Source: Candidatus Bathyarchaeia archaeon (GTDB lineage: Archaea; Thermoproteota; Bathyarchaeia; Bathyarchaeales; Bathycorpusculaceae). From it: 33,851 bases of DNA. The first letter of the stretch is position 1. Each line of letters opens with the position of its first letter. The stretch spans positions 1 through 33,851 of the forward strand of contig JBEKWR010000022.1 in the NCBI GenBank assembly GCA_049512935.1, in the 5' to 3' direction. Both the position numbers and the translations under genes were made by a program. This document shows positions 18,290 through 27,539 of this stretch, in pieces. The notes beneath the pieces were generated by a model. The model was not told where the DNA came from. It searched no databases and was given only the letters and a program-made list of their open reading frames with translations.

Positions 18290-19420
18290 CTAGTCCGGTG
18301 GTTCTTGCTGTTCTGATAGCACGTTCGGTGTATCTGGCATTTTCCTTTCGCTCAAAGTCTTTCGCGTGTTGTTAGGCTTGGATGCGAGCAGCACTTTCGC
18401 TCCCATGAACTGTACGCAGACGAAACTTACGAAGAGTGGGAACCAGAATGACGCGACTCTCACAAAGACGGCTGCAACCCCGCTTGATCCGCTGCTTATC
18501 CCGTAGAGAATAAAGATTGTCGCCAACAGAATGTCAAGTGAACCCACAGAGAAGCTAGCTAGGGCGTCCTGAAAAGCCGTTGCAACAAAATAGACAACGA
18601 CGTAAAATACAGGCGACGCCGCTGGAATTCCCAGCGCATAGAAAACAAAAACGTAAACCGATAGACCCAAAATGTACGCTGCGATGTGGAATATGAACGG
18701 CTTAGCTAAAGATCGCGGGTTTTCTCTGAACACTTTGAAACCTTCGTAGAAGCTGGCGAGCGTTTGCTCATTCTTCCTTAATTCGTCTAATGTGGCTTTT
18801 CTGGGACGTATCCGCTTATTAATGTTAAAATATAATTTTGCTATCATTTCCGCCGCGCCTTTGTAAAACGCTAAGAAAAGCAGAACGGCAAGATAGGCGA
18901 TGGACCCAAGCAGCAACAGGATGAACAAGTTCCCTATCAACGGGGGAACATCCGTTTTCAAACTCAGGAAAGCTGAGCCGACGCACAATCCTGTGGTAAC
19001 CACGCTGTAAGCGACAATACGGTTGGTCACCGCCGAAGCCGCTATGACGCCGTAGTTCTCTTTAGTTTCTTTCTGGACAAGATACAGCCTAGTAACTTCA
19101 CCGCAGACAGTTGCGCATGGAATAATTAGGTCAGCAAAGTCGCCTATCCAATAATAGAGGTATGCTCTCCTGTAAGAAATGTCGATTGAAAGCGCTTTTA
19201 AAATGTTGTTCCATGCGGCTGACCAACAAAAAACCGAAGCCAGAACAGCCATAATCGCGAGAGCGTAGAAGAGTCCGTACTGCTCCAGGTTTATGTTTTC
19301 TAAAACATCTAGAATTTGGGAGGAGCCGATGAAAAAGTAGAGGTAAGAGACAAAGACAATTAGCCCTACAACCATGAACAACGCCGATTTTCTGAACGAG
19401 ATGTACTTGGATCCGTACAA
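18290..19420 (-). CDS. Lysylphosphatidylglycerol-synthase TM-domain (UPF0104, flippase-like) protein
   Basis: W..IL.AL, IPCATVCGE..RLY, R..SFWFP motifs; multi-pass. Confidence 0.85.
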   Translation of the reverse strand: MYGSKYISFRKSALFMVVGLIVFVSYLYFFIGSSQILDVLENINLEQYGLFYALAIMAVLASVFCWSAAWNNILKALSIDISYRRAYLYYWIGDFADLIIPCATVCGEVTRLYLVQKETKENYGVIAASAVTNRIVAYSVVTTGLCVGSAFLSLKTDVPPLIGNLFILLLLGSIAYLAVLLFLAFYKGAAEMIAKLYFNINKRIRPRKATLDELRKNEQTLASFYEGFKVFRENPRSLAKPFIFHIAAYILGLSVYVFVFYALGIPAASPVFYVVVYFVATAFQDALASFSVGSLDILLATIFILYGISSGSSGVAAVFVRVASFWFPLFVSFVCVQFMGAKVLLASKPNNTRKTLSERKMPDTPNVLSEQQEPPD

Positions 19421-19541
19421 TTGACCGCTCTGACCTCACTTTTGGGCTAAAATGCTTGCGGGTTGCAAACGATTTTAGGAGAGTTACTCTTTCCACAAGG
19501 GGGTTTAAGTAACTTGCGCTTATCGCAGAAGTTCCCCAAGC

Positions 19542-20051
19542 TTAAATTTGAATCATGGCGACGATAGTGGTTTGTGCTTCTTCGATTCCTTCAACTTGGC
19601 TGTGAACCGTTTGAACCACCCGTTCAAGATCCACGTTGTTTTTTGCTCTCACAGGAACTATCAGGTCGCATGGTCCAAAAACGAAGTCGGCGGAAATGAC
19701 CTGCGGAAGCTTAATCAAAATCTGCTGCGCCGCTTCGGCGTCTCTTGGCTCAACGTTCAGAAACATAAACGCGAACGGTGTTTCCATGTACGCTGGTCCT
19801 TCAATGACCACGATGTACGTTGTTGTCTTCAAAATGAGTTTTTCTTCAGCCCCTATCATTCGAACAGGGTTGAACCACTTCTTCACAAACTCGTCCACGC
19901 TGCTGAACCCGTCGAACCTGACGAGCACATCGACTGGTCCGTAAAGGAGAAAAATGTTTCCGACTGGAATATCCATCTCTGTAAGCTTCTCTATCACTTG
20001 GTTGTAGCAGCCGCCTTTGCAGGTTAAACCCATGTAAGCTCTCAAAATCAA
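19542..20051 (-). CDS. Tandem Lrp/AsnC ligand-binding (RAM) domain protein without an HTH
   Basis: Two repeats: AYM...LLYGPVDVLV...KTTTYI and AFMFLNV...VFGPCDLIV...EGIEEAQTTI. Confidence 0.85.
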   Translation of the reverse strand: MILRAYMGLTCKGGCYNQVIEKLTEMDIPVGNIFLLYGPVDVLVRFDGFSSVDEFVKKWFNPVRMIGAEEKLILKTTTYIVVIEGPAYMETPFAFMFLNVEPRDAEAAQQILIKLPQVISADFVFGPCDLIVPVRAKNNVDLERVVQTVHSQVEGIEEAQTTIVAMIQI

Positions 20052-20233
20052 TCACCAACACTATATTAGAAGTCTTTGCGGTAAAAAGATTTTCTATGCC
20101 TATTTAGCGGTATATTGCCAAAGAAACCTATCGAACCTTATGCGCTAAGCAAACTGGACATTGCCGATTGTAGCGGTTAACACCCGACCTCTCGAAGGGT
20201 TCAAAAAGACGCTGAAACATTGATAGCAATCGT

Positions 20234-20554
20234 TCAACTGGCTGTTTGTAACAGCGGCTCAAGTTCTCTTATTCGGTTACGGACCATTTCAACCAGTTGT
20301 TTTCTGAGCCTCTCGCCCGAAATCCCCCTTCTAATGAAGCACATCTTGTTAGCCAACTCCTTATCGCCTAACGTGTCATCTATCCACCTCTGAAAGTCGC
20401 CGCGGGGATAATGAAAAAGAACAGAATTCAGATCGATTGTTTCTAATTTCTGGGCAAAATCAGCGAGACTAGTCGCAGTTATTCCCGTGTAACCTTCTTC
20501 TGTTGAGAAGTGGAATCCACGTTCAAACTGGACATTACCTAAGATTTTATGCAT
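20234..20554 (-). CDS. DUF5752 family protein
   Basis: FHF...GYTG..ATSL.DF...L..ID..S..FH..RGDFQRWI..TLGD.ELA motif; start is ATG 20554 or in-frame ACG 20581. Confidence 0.8.
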   Translation of the reverse strand: MHKILGNVQFERGFHFSTEEGYTGITATSLADFAQKLETIDLNSVLFHYPRGDFQRWIDDTLGDKELANKMCFIRRGISGERLRKQLVEMVRNRIRELEPLLQTAS

Positions 20555-20679
20555 GCTGGTTTCAAGATTTGTTTGGCTCGTAAAATCACCGCCTAAATCA
20601 CGGCTAAGCCAATAATATCTATTTGTGACTACTCGCTGAAACCACAAACGGTGACATGGACCGTGTTGTAGTTCGCAAG

Positions 20680-22407
20680 TTATGTGGAGATTACGCCTTT
20701 TGACCCGTCGATTGTCACTTTTTGGCCGTTGTAAAGCAGTTGGCAAGCGTTTTGAATGTTTGTTACAGCGGGGATCCCGTACTCCCTTGACACGACCGCG
20801 CCGTGCGATAGGATTCCGCCTGTTTCAGTGATTAAACCGCCGATTTTGCTGAACACGGGAGTCCATCCTGGATCGGTTCTGGGAACAACAAGTATTTCGC
20901 CAGCCTGCACATCTCCGATGTCTTCGACACGGTTTAGGACTCTGATTGTTCCAGTTAGCTTGCCTTGGCTAGCGGGGATTCCATGCAGGATGCAGCCGGT
21001 GTTTTTTTCTTTTTCATCCAGTTCATTGGCGCCTTGGATGAACTTGGCTGGAGTCACGTTTTCATACTTTAGAAATTCATCCTTGCGGCTTGAAACTGAC
21101 TCGTGAATTCTGCCTCTGCTTTCAGGGCGTTTTCCGTTGACCAAGGATCGCACTTCGTTTTTCGTGAGGAAAAACACGTCTGAAGCTTCCTCTAGGAATC
21201 CTTGTTTCTGCAGGTTTCTTCCGATATCCATGTAGATTCGGCGGTTCATGGTGATCCATCTGTCAAGGTTGTACCGTTGGTTCTCTCGGAAAACAATGTA
21301 TTTCCTTGCGAACCCAAGAATCGTCGAGAGCAGTTGCCATTCGAACCAGCCCAAGGGGCGTTTCTTTATTCGGCGTTCGATTCTGCTTGTTTGAAGCTTC
21401 TGCTCCGTTTTTTGTTGACGTTTCGCTGGGGCTTCATCTTGGACGAGTGATTTCAAGATGTCGAATACGTATTCGGGCGCTTCGTTCCACCGCGGATAGT
21501 AGGGTTCACGGGTGAAGCCTCGGACTCCGAAGTCGCGCATGAACAACTTCAACTCTTGCTTAAATTCTTCTAACTGCGGATTATCATCTGCCACGAGCAA
21601 CAGGAAGATTCGGTTTGAAGGCGTTTCCAGGACAAATGATTTCGTAGCGGTTGAAGTTCGCACTGTGCTTGCGAGTTTGAGGATGCGGTCGTTCATTTCG
21701 CTTGTTTTATGCTCGAGCCCAGATATCAAAACGGGGTAAACTTCAGCTGCTTCTTCTCCTATGAAGCGTCCGAGCAAGTACTGCGCTATCAGGTTCATGC
21801 CGATGTTATGGACTGGAATTCCGTATCTTACCAAACGGAAGTGCCCGATCATCAGCCGATCTAATTCTGCAGCCAGCTCCAGCAGGGCTGCGGGGTTGCC
21901 TTCCACGTCAATTTTTGATATTCTCGAATCAAAACTTTGGTAAAACGGTTCGAACTTGGTTTTGCTCCATTTTTCGTATGCCGACTTCGTTTTTGTGATT
22001 GAACCTTCATCATCGTAGAGCATGACGCGGATCTCAGCCAGAACTCTCTTGCTTAGTCTGAAGGGCTGTTTTTTCATGGTTTGCTTGCCGTAGGGTCCGC
22101 TGCCTTCCATGAAGTAGTTCAGGATGTCATCGTTGCGGACGAAGGGCGGAATCTCGTATTCAACCTTGCGTTTGAGAACTTCCAAGTTAAAGTATGCGTG
22201 ACCGTGGTACAGCCTCAAAAGCTTGTCAGTTTCTCCGTTGCCTGGAGACGAATATCCCATGATTCCGTTTAGTTCAATATTCACGATCTGTGTCAGTTGG
22301 TCTCCGAGTAAATCGAAAAACAAAGGGGAAACAGGGTCGTTCCAGTAGTCATCTGAATAGCCTCTTGTCCAAATGACTTCCTTCTCAGAGCTGCCCGAAT
22401 TATTCAT
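20680..22407 (-). CDS. PEP-utilising phosphotransferase subunit: acceptor-binding domain plus phospho-His swivel domain, no ATP-grasp (RPH / phenylphosphate synthase A-like)
   Basis: WTR...D...DPVSPL, GHAYFN, FGVRG...PRW.E.P, RENQR; C-terminal GIPASQG, TDPGWTPVF, GGILSHGAVVSREYGIPAV. Confidence 0.85.
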   Translation of the reverse strand: MNNSGSSEKEVIWTRGYSDDYWNDPVSPLFFDLLGDQLTQIVNIELNGIMGYSSPGNGETDKLLRLYHGHAYFNLEVLKRKVEYEIPPFVRNDDILNYFMEGSGPYGKQTMKKQPFRLSKRVLAEIRVMLYDDEGSITKTKSAYEKWSKTKFEPFYQSFDSRISKIDVEGNPAALLELAAELDRLMIGHFRLVRYGIPVHNIGMNLIAQYLLGRFIGEEAAEVYPVLISGLEHKTSEMNDRILKLASTVRTSTATKSFVLETPSNRIFLLLVADDNPQLEEFKQELKLFMRDFGVRGFTREPYYPRWNEAPEYVFDILKSLVQDEAPAKRQQKTEQKLQTSRIERRIKKRPLGWFEWQLLSTILGFARKYIVFRENQRYNLDRWITMNRRIYMDIGRNLQKQGFLEEASDVFFLTKNEVRSLVNGKRPESRGRIHESVSSRKDEFLKYENVTPAKFIQGANELDEKEKNTGCILHGIPASQGKLTGTIRVLNRVEDIGDVQAGEILVVPRTDPGWTPVFSKIGGLITETGGILSHGAVVSREYGIPAVTNIQNACQLLYNGQKVTIDGSKGVIST

Positions 22408-22502
22408 GGTTGATTTTCCTCTTATTAGCAGGCGTGAGTGCGGTATCTTGTTTGAGGCACTACGTATTTAAGCCTAAGTGGAATCTCGCAAGCTTCTCTA
22501 GC

Positions 22503-23504
22503 TCATGCGTGTTTTGCCCTCAGAGTTTCAAACGTCCCGTAGCCGCCGGAGACGCCGTCCATTTCGAAAGTTCCGAAGGATTGTGTAAGGATGGAGATCT
22601 GTCCCTTTTCGTCGCTGAACGGAATGGGAACTGCGGGTCCAGCTTTGCCTTCTAACGTGTGCGTGGAGCCTTCTTCATCGAGGAGTTCCAGTTTTGAGCT
22701 GACGGGAAAGATTTCGCTGCTGAACTGCTGGTCCAGAACCCGAATTCTCGTGATCGGGATGTTCCTTCCGTTTTTGAAAATGAATCCTCCCGTCGACACC
22801 TTTCCGTCTTCGGCGACGATTGCTGCAGGGTTCACGGCAAGATCTTCAGAGAACCAGACGACGTAGTAGAGCCAGCTTCCTATTCCCGTCCAGTCGCGGA
22901 CACCGTGGGTGTGGTCCCTCTGCCCGAGTACATTTGCTACTTTGAACGTGCTGTCGCCCAGAACAACGTCGCCTTGGACTTTGGCGATTTGCTCCCAGTG
23001 AACGTCGCCTGCTTTTTTTCCAAGCTCACGGCTCTCAGCGCTCATATGGCTGCTGTACTCATAGACGCGGTTTATAGGTTTGAACGTTAGATTCATTGAG
23101 GCTTTCTGAATGCCCAACACCACGGAAGGTTGGGCTCGTAGCTTAAGCAGGTCATGCGGGTTCTTCAGCAGCATCATGTTGCCACTGAAACTGTAGTGCC
23201 ACGTGCCATCGGGGTTCCTGTGGTGTGTCATGCCGTTAACGCGCAGGTCAGCGGGATAGCTGGAGTCTCCAATTCTTTCCGTGGCTTGGTGGATTGCTAC
23301 TTTTCCATCGGGGAGAAAAAGAATGAAAAACGTCATGCCTTCTTTTTTGTTCGGTTTGAAACCCAGCCTTGTGACGCCGCCGAACTCTTGTTCTTTTGAG
23401 TAGAAAACGAAGTAATACGATTCATTCCACTCCGTGTGAGACCCCGCTGGGTGATTTAAGGGTTCAGAATCCAAGTTGAAGTCAAGATTCGTTTCTTTCT
23501 TCAT
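22503..23504 (-). CDS. CrtC/tocopherol-cyclase-like beta-barrel protein (paralog 1)
   Basis: WNESYYF, RLGFKPN, HWEQ, GQRDHTHGVRDW motifs; SD AGGAG before GTG/ATG at 23507/23504. Confidence 0.65.
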   Translation of the reverse strand: MKKETNLDFNLDSEPLNHPAGSHTEWNESYYFVFYSKEQEFGGVTRLGFKPNKKEGMTFFILFLPDGKVAIHQATERIGDSSYPADLRVNGMTHHRNPDGTWHYSFSGNMMLLKNPHDLLKLRAQPSVVLGIQKASMNLTFKPINRVYEYSSHMSAESRELGKKAGDVHWEQIAKVQGDVVLGDSTFKVANVLGQRDHTHGVRDWTGIGSWLYYVVWFSEDLAVNPAAIVAEDGKVSTGGFIFKNGRNIPITRIRVLDQQFSSEIFPVSSKLELLDEEGSTHTLEGKAGPAVPIPFSDEKGQISILTQSFGTFEMDGVSGGYGTFETLRAKHA

Positions 23505-23601
23505 CACGCGTTCTCCTTCTGGTTTGCTTTTACCCAATTTTTAAATACCAAGACAGCCGTAACTGGTTACCTATTAACTTTCAGGCTTAAGTGATTTTGC
23601 A

Positions 23602-24471
23602 ATGTGCAAGTGGTGCATGAAACACGGGGCAGGCGGAAAGTGGTACCTAAACGCGAAGAACTACTCCAACGAGCTTGCGGAACATGAGAATCTTGAAGCC
23701 TATCTTGAGGAGCAGTGGAGAAACTTCGAAACGGTCTACATCCGAAAGATGATGGGTATGTCTTCTATAGGTCTTGGCTACAAACTTAAAATGCCAATCA
23801 TCGGGCGCGTTGTCCGCTGGAAAGCCGAAAGCATGATCCATTCTGAAAGCAAGAACAGGAATCCAGTCAGGGCAGACGGGCATTTTGGGCAGGTGATTCC
23901 GATTGAAGAAGCCAAGCTTATCATGATGAACTTGGCGGCTGAACCTATAGCTCAGAACTACTGCATGTGCAGGATGATGCAGAGAGGAGTCAAGGATGTC
24001 TGCTGCATCAACTTCGGGTGCCTATCAAACGTGATCGAGAAGCTTCCACGGTTTATTCCTGAAAAGAGCAAGTTTAAACTGGGCAGGGAGGAGGCGGTTG
24101 CAGCTTTAGATGAGCAGAATAAGAAGGGAAGAATCGCGACTGTTTGGTTCCAACCCGTGCCTTACGTCAACGCTATTTGCTCGTGCGAGGTTCCTCAATG
24201 TGGAGGGCTTAGACTTAGAACGGACTTTGGCCTGAACGCAGTTTACAAAGCAGAATACGTCGCCAGCGTTGACCCTGACCTGTGCCAAGCTTGCAAGTCA
24301 TGCGTTTCCTATTGCCAATTCGGAGCCGTAAAGTTTTCACCCACCCTGAAAAGAGTGACAATTGATCAAAACAAATGCTTCGGCTGCGGGCTTTGCAGAG
24401 ACCGCTGCAAATTCGGCGCGATAAAGCTGATTCCAAGGGAAACTGTTCCTGGAATTGCCACCATGTATTAG
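23602..24471 (+). CDS. Multi-Cys Fe-S protein with a C-terminal 2x[4Fe-4S] ferredoxin domain
   Basis: CQACKSCVSYC and CFGCGLCRDRC; additional CKWC, CMCR, CC and CSC....C motifs. Confidence 0.9.
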   Translation: MCKWCMKHGAGGKWYLNAKNYSNELAEHENLEAYLEEQWRNFETVYIRKMMGMSSIGLGYKLKMPIIGRVVRWKAESMIHSESKNRNPVRADGHFGQVIPIEEAKLIMMNLAAEPIAQNYCMCRMMQRGVKDVCCINFGCLSNVIEKLPRFIPEKSKFKLGREEAVAALDEQNKKGRIATVWFQPVPYVNAICSCEVPQCGGLRLRTDFGLNAVYKAEYVASVDPDLCQACKSCVSYCQFGAVKFSPTLKRVTIDQNKCFGCGLCRDRCKFGAIKLIPRETVPGIATMY

Positions 24472-24483
24472 CATGAGAGGCTG

Positions 24484-24744
24484 TTGATGATGAAGAAGAC
24501 AAAAATCAAAATTGACTATTCGAAATGTGGAAACGCGACTGGCGGCATCGATCCCAGGGAATGCAGCGTGTGCCTCAAGGTTTGTGACCCGGCGATTTTC
24601 CTCCGCCACGAGGCTTTCAACGTCGAAGAGTCAAATCGCAATGACCCGCAATTCTGGCAGATAACTGCTGTTTGGCTGGATCTGTGCACTCGATGTGGAA
24701 AATGCGTGGCTGCGTGCCCTCAGAAAGCCATAACAGTGTCATGA
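24484..24744 (+). CDS. Small 2x[4Fe-4S] ferredoxin
   Basis: C-x11-CSVCLKVC and CTRCGKCVAACP; SD GAGG upstream. Confidence 0.88.
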   Translation: MMMKKTKIKIDYSKCGNATGGIDPRECSVCLKVCDPAIFLRHEAFNVEESNRNDPQFWQITAVWLDLCTRCGKCVAACPQKAITVS

Positions 24745-24836
24745 ACAAGTTCCTACAACGGGCAAATCGGCATCTTCGAAATGATCGCATTTCTTTCGCC
24801 GATAACTCCAAGCAAGTTTACTGATTATTTACACAC

Positions 24837-25733
24837 CTAAGGTTTTGGGTGGGTGAAGAGGAACTCTATGAGTCCTGTTCCTTTTTCTCCTGTCGCGACG
24901 GATTCGTGTACAGCCATGCCCTCAAAGAGTTCGGTGGTTCCCTTGGGGAAGCTTCTGGAGAACTTGAAGAAGCTTTTTGGCGAAATCAACTTGGAAATGA
25001 ATGTGTCCACTCTTCCATCCTCGTAATGTATCGTAGTCGAGGCTCCGACTGGGTTCTTTCCGTCTTCGTCGTCATATTTTATCTGAAGGTCAATCTGAGA
25101 AGCCGCCGCCTGTTTACTCGCGGATGACAACCCGCCTGACACGTAAGAGGCGCCGTTCACAGTGTCTTTTCTCAAGCCGACAGCGTACGTTTCAAACTGG
25201 GCGTGGAGTGCAAACCAGTTTTCTATGAACCAGTCTCGAGGCCCCCAGCTCTTGTCCCGCTGGCTGAACCCGTGGATTCTGATTTTTGTCCCATCGGAAA
25301 GGGCTGCTTCTCCTTCGACGATGCCTGACTGCTCAAAGTGTCCCTTCCATGAGGTTCCGCTGCCTTTCCCGAAATCAAACGGTGGAAAACGGGCTTCCCA
25401 TTTGAGGTGCACGTTGAGGTTTTGGTCGGCGACGGTGATGTCCCATTTCCGCAAGGGTTCAACAAGCTTGTACGTCAGGGCGCCATCTGACAGAAGACTC
25501 GATGATTGCTCGTCTGTGAGGGTTTGCTCTTTATAGTGTATGTTCAGTTTGTCCTCGTGGAATAGGGCAAGGATGAATTCTCCTTTCTTCTGGTTGGGTA
25601 GAATCCCTATGGTGCTGAATCCCGAGGTTTTGGTTTGTGCGTCAACAAAATTGAAGTAGTAACTTTCTCTCCAGTCTAAACTGTCTTCGGCAACATGAAG
25701 GTAATCGTCGGTTTTCTTGATAGAACTCAACAT
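24837..25733 (-). CDS. CrtC/tocopherol-cyclase-like beta-barrel protein (paralog 2)
   Basis: WRESYYFNF, IGILPN, GHFEQSG, SQRDKSWGPRDW; similar motif order to 22503-23504. Confidence 0.65.
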   Translation of the reverse strand: MLSSIKKTDDYLHVAEDSLDWRESYYFNFVDAQTKTSGFSTIGILPNQKKGEFILALFHEDKLNIHYKEQTLTDEQSSSLLSDGALTYKLVEPLRKWDITVADQNLNVHLKWEARFPPFDFGKGSGTSWKGHFEQSGIVEGEAALSDGTKIRIHGFSQRDKSWGPRDWFIENWFALHAQFETYAVGLRKDTVNGASYVSGGLSSASKQAAASQIDLQIKYDDEDGKNPVGASTTIHYEDGRVDTFISKLISPKSFFKFSRSFPKGTTELFEGMAVHESVATGEKGTGLIEFLFTHPKP

Positions 25734-25758
25734 CGTCTCATCCTCGCTGGCGTTTTGG

Positions 25759-26937
25759 TTATTTGGGCAAAAGATACATTATCGGGTCTTTCTCCTTCAG
25801 GAACGGGAGAGTTTTCATCTTTATGATTTTTCTCTTGATTCTTGAGAAGGCAGGGTCCTCGTTGGCTTTCATGAAGATGGGCAGGTACTCGTCGAGAACT
25901 GGTTTGGCGAGGCTCCATTGGATTTTATCTGTGACACCGACGCAGTCCGTGTACCTGGCGAAGCATCTCCAGTAGGCGGTGGCGCCTGAGATAAGCAGTT
26001 GCGACCTGTCCATTTGGGCGAATTTCATGTAGAGTTCAGCCTGAGCGTTGTCTGCTGCTTCGGCGTATGCGGGTAACTCGTCCATTCCAACTGGAACCAC
26101 TTTGTCTCCGCTTTTCTTGTAAGCCGCGATGCCAGTCACGAGTTTAGAGTACTCGCCTGGGTTGACAGTCATTGTGCCGATGTCGTTGAAGGTGGTTTTC
26201 GCGTTTTTAAGCGTCATGGCGACGCCTAAGCTTGAAGAGGGAAGTTTAGCTTCAGTTGCCGACCACGGAAGCCACAGCCTGTCTTTTCCATCATAAAGAT
26301 TCGTGTATTCCATAAGCACAAGGTCCTCACTGTTTTCAATCGGGTAAGGTCCGTGGTTTACGATTTTGGCTCTTGCCTCGCATTCATCGATAAAAGCGTA
26401 TAGGTCGATTGAGCCAAGGACTCTCCTCACTTTCTTGGTTTGCTCCGCTGTGACGGGTTGAACGTGGTCTTTCACCCAACTGATCGACTCGTCGCCGAGA
26501 CCTACGTTTTTCTTGCCTGAAGCAGCAACGGTCGGCTTTCCAGAGGCGAAGTAGCTTGTTGCAAGGCTGTGCCATTTTTCAAGCATCCATTTCCACTGTT
26601 CCCTTTTCTCAGCGGGCTCCTTTGCAGGGTCGCCTTCGCATTTGTTGTAGATTGTGCCCATGCGCGCAAGCGAGTAGTACATCCAGAGGTACGAAATCGA
26701 AAGCGCCTGCACGGGCGAAAGCAGGCTTCTGCTTTTCTTAGCCAATTCTTCCGGGGTGATTGTGTCCCAGACCTGCTTCATGACGCCGTAGAGTTCGTGG
26801 TAGGTTTGGTAGAACCCGAGACTGATGTAAGCGTTAACAGGGAACAGTTTTGACTCAAGCAGGCTTCTTTCGAGAACTATGTCGGAGAAGACCTTGCTTA
26901 GATGAGTGATGAGTTCGTTGATTTCTTCAACCTTCAT
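25759..26937 (-). CDS. Hypothetical soluble protein (392 aa)
   Basis: Long ORF upstream of paralog 2; ERSLLESKLFPVNAYI, YAFIDECEAR...NHGPY and LWLPWS motifs. Confidence 0.85.
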   Translation of the reverse strand: MKVEEINELITHLSKVFSDIVLERSLLESKLFPVNAYISLGFYQTYHELYGVMKQVWDTITPEELAKKSRSLLSPVQALSISYLWMYYSLARMGTIYNKCEGDPAKEPAEKREQWKWMLEKWHSLATSYFASGKPTVAASGKKNVGLGDESISWVKDHVQPVTAEQTKKVRRVLGSIDLYAFIDECEARAKIVNHGPYPIENSEDLVLMEYTNLYDGKDRLWLPWSATEAKLPSSSLGVAMTLKNAKTTFNDIGTMTVNPGEYSKLVTGIAAYKKSGDKVVPVGMDELPAYAEAADNAQAELYMKFAQMDRSQLLISGATAYWRCFARYTDCVGVTDKIQWSLAKPVLDEYLPIFMKANEDPAFSRIKRKIIKMKTLPFLKEKDPIMYLLPK

Positions 26938-27071
26938 ATCCCTAACCCCATTGCTTGGAAACCATATTCAGGTTTGAAGTAATAAGATTTGGCATCAGGC
27001 ATTTTTTCGGGCAAATCTAATATCTAACTTCGGCTGATTAGGAGGCTACCGATTGGCTGGCAGGATAGAAA

Positions 27072-27425
27072 ATGAAGGTCATAGGCAGCGGAAGGATAAC
27101 TTTGAACGTCTCGGCGAAGGGTGAACTTCGGACGGTTTCTTCGATTCAGGACGTGATCAACCTTTGGAAAGAGGGCGCTGACGGCAAAATCGTCATTGTT
27201 GAAGACGCGGGGACAACCACTCTCGGACCGATTCTTCCGAAGCTTGCAGGGGTAGTCTGCAAAACTGGCGGTATAGGTTCACATCTCGCGATTGTGTCGC
27301 GTGAATTCTGCATTCCTGCTTTAATGGGTACAAAAATCGACACAGATGAGCCTCTGAACAGGCGTCAAGCGATGATTCAGCCCAACGGGAACAAAGATGG
27401 GCTGCTGATACTTTCTGATTTATAG
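27072..27425 (+). CDS. Stand-alone PEP-utiliser mobile (phospho-His) domain protein
   Basis: DAGTTTLGPIL, GVVCKTGGIGSHLAIVSREFCIPALMG. Confidence 0.9.
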   Translation: MKVIGSGRITLNVSAKGELRTVSSIQDVINLWKEGADGKIVIVEDAGTTTLGPILPKLAGVVCKTGGIGSHLAIVSREFCIPALMGTKIDTDEPLNRRQAMIQPNGNKDGLLILSDL

Positions 27426-27539
27426 CCTAATTCATTAATGAAATCAAACCGCACTTTATTGTTGAATAATCGAGGAGTTATTGTGGTTAGTTTTTTATTT
27501 CCCAGTTGCAGTAATATGTGAGCATAAAGGGTAGTACCT

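Noticed and set aside
19548-20027. 159-aa plus-strand ORF
   Set aside because: Antisense shadow of the Lrp/AsnC-domain gene
20582-20746. Long N-terminal extension of the DUF5752 ORF in the track
   Set aside because: Overlaps the upstream gene's 3' end and precedes the SD; not protein-like
20680-22407. PEP synthase, pyruvate phosphate dikinase or a rifampin resistance gene
   Set aside because: Lacks both the ATP-grasp domain and the PEP/pyruvate-binding barrel, so it cannot be a complete PpsA, PPDK or RPH
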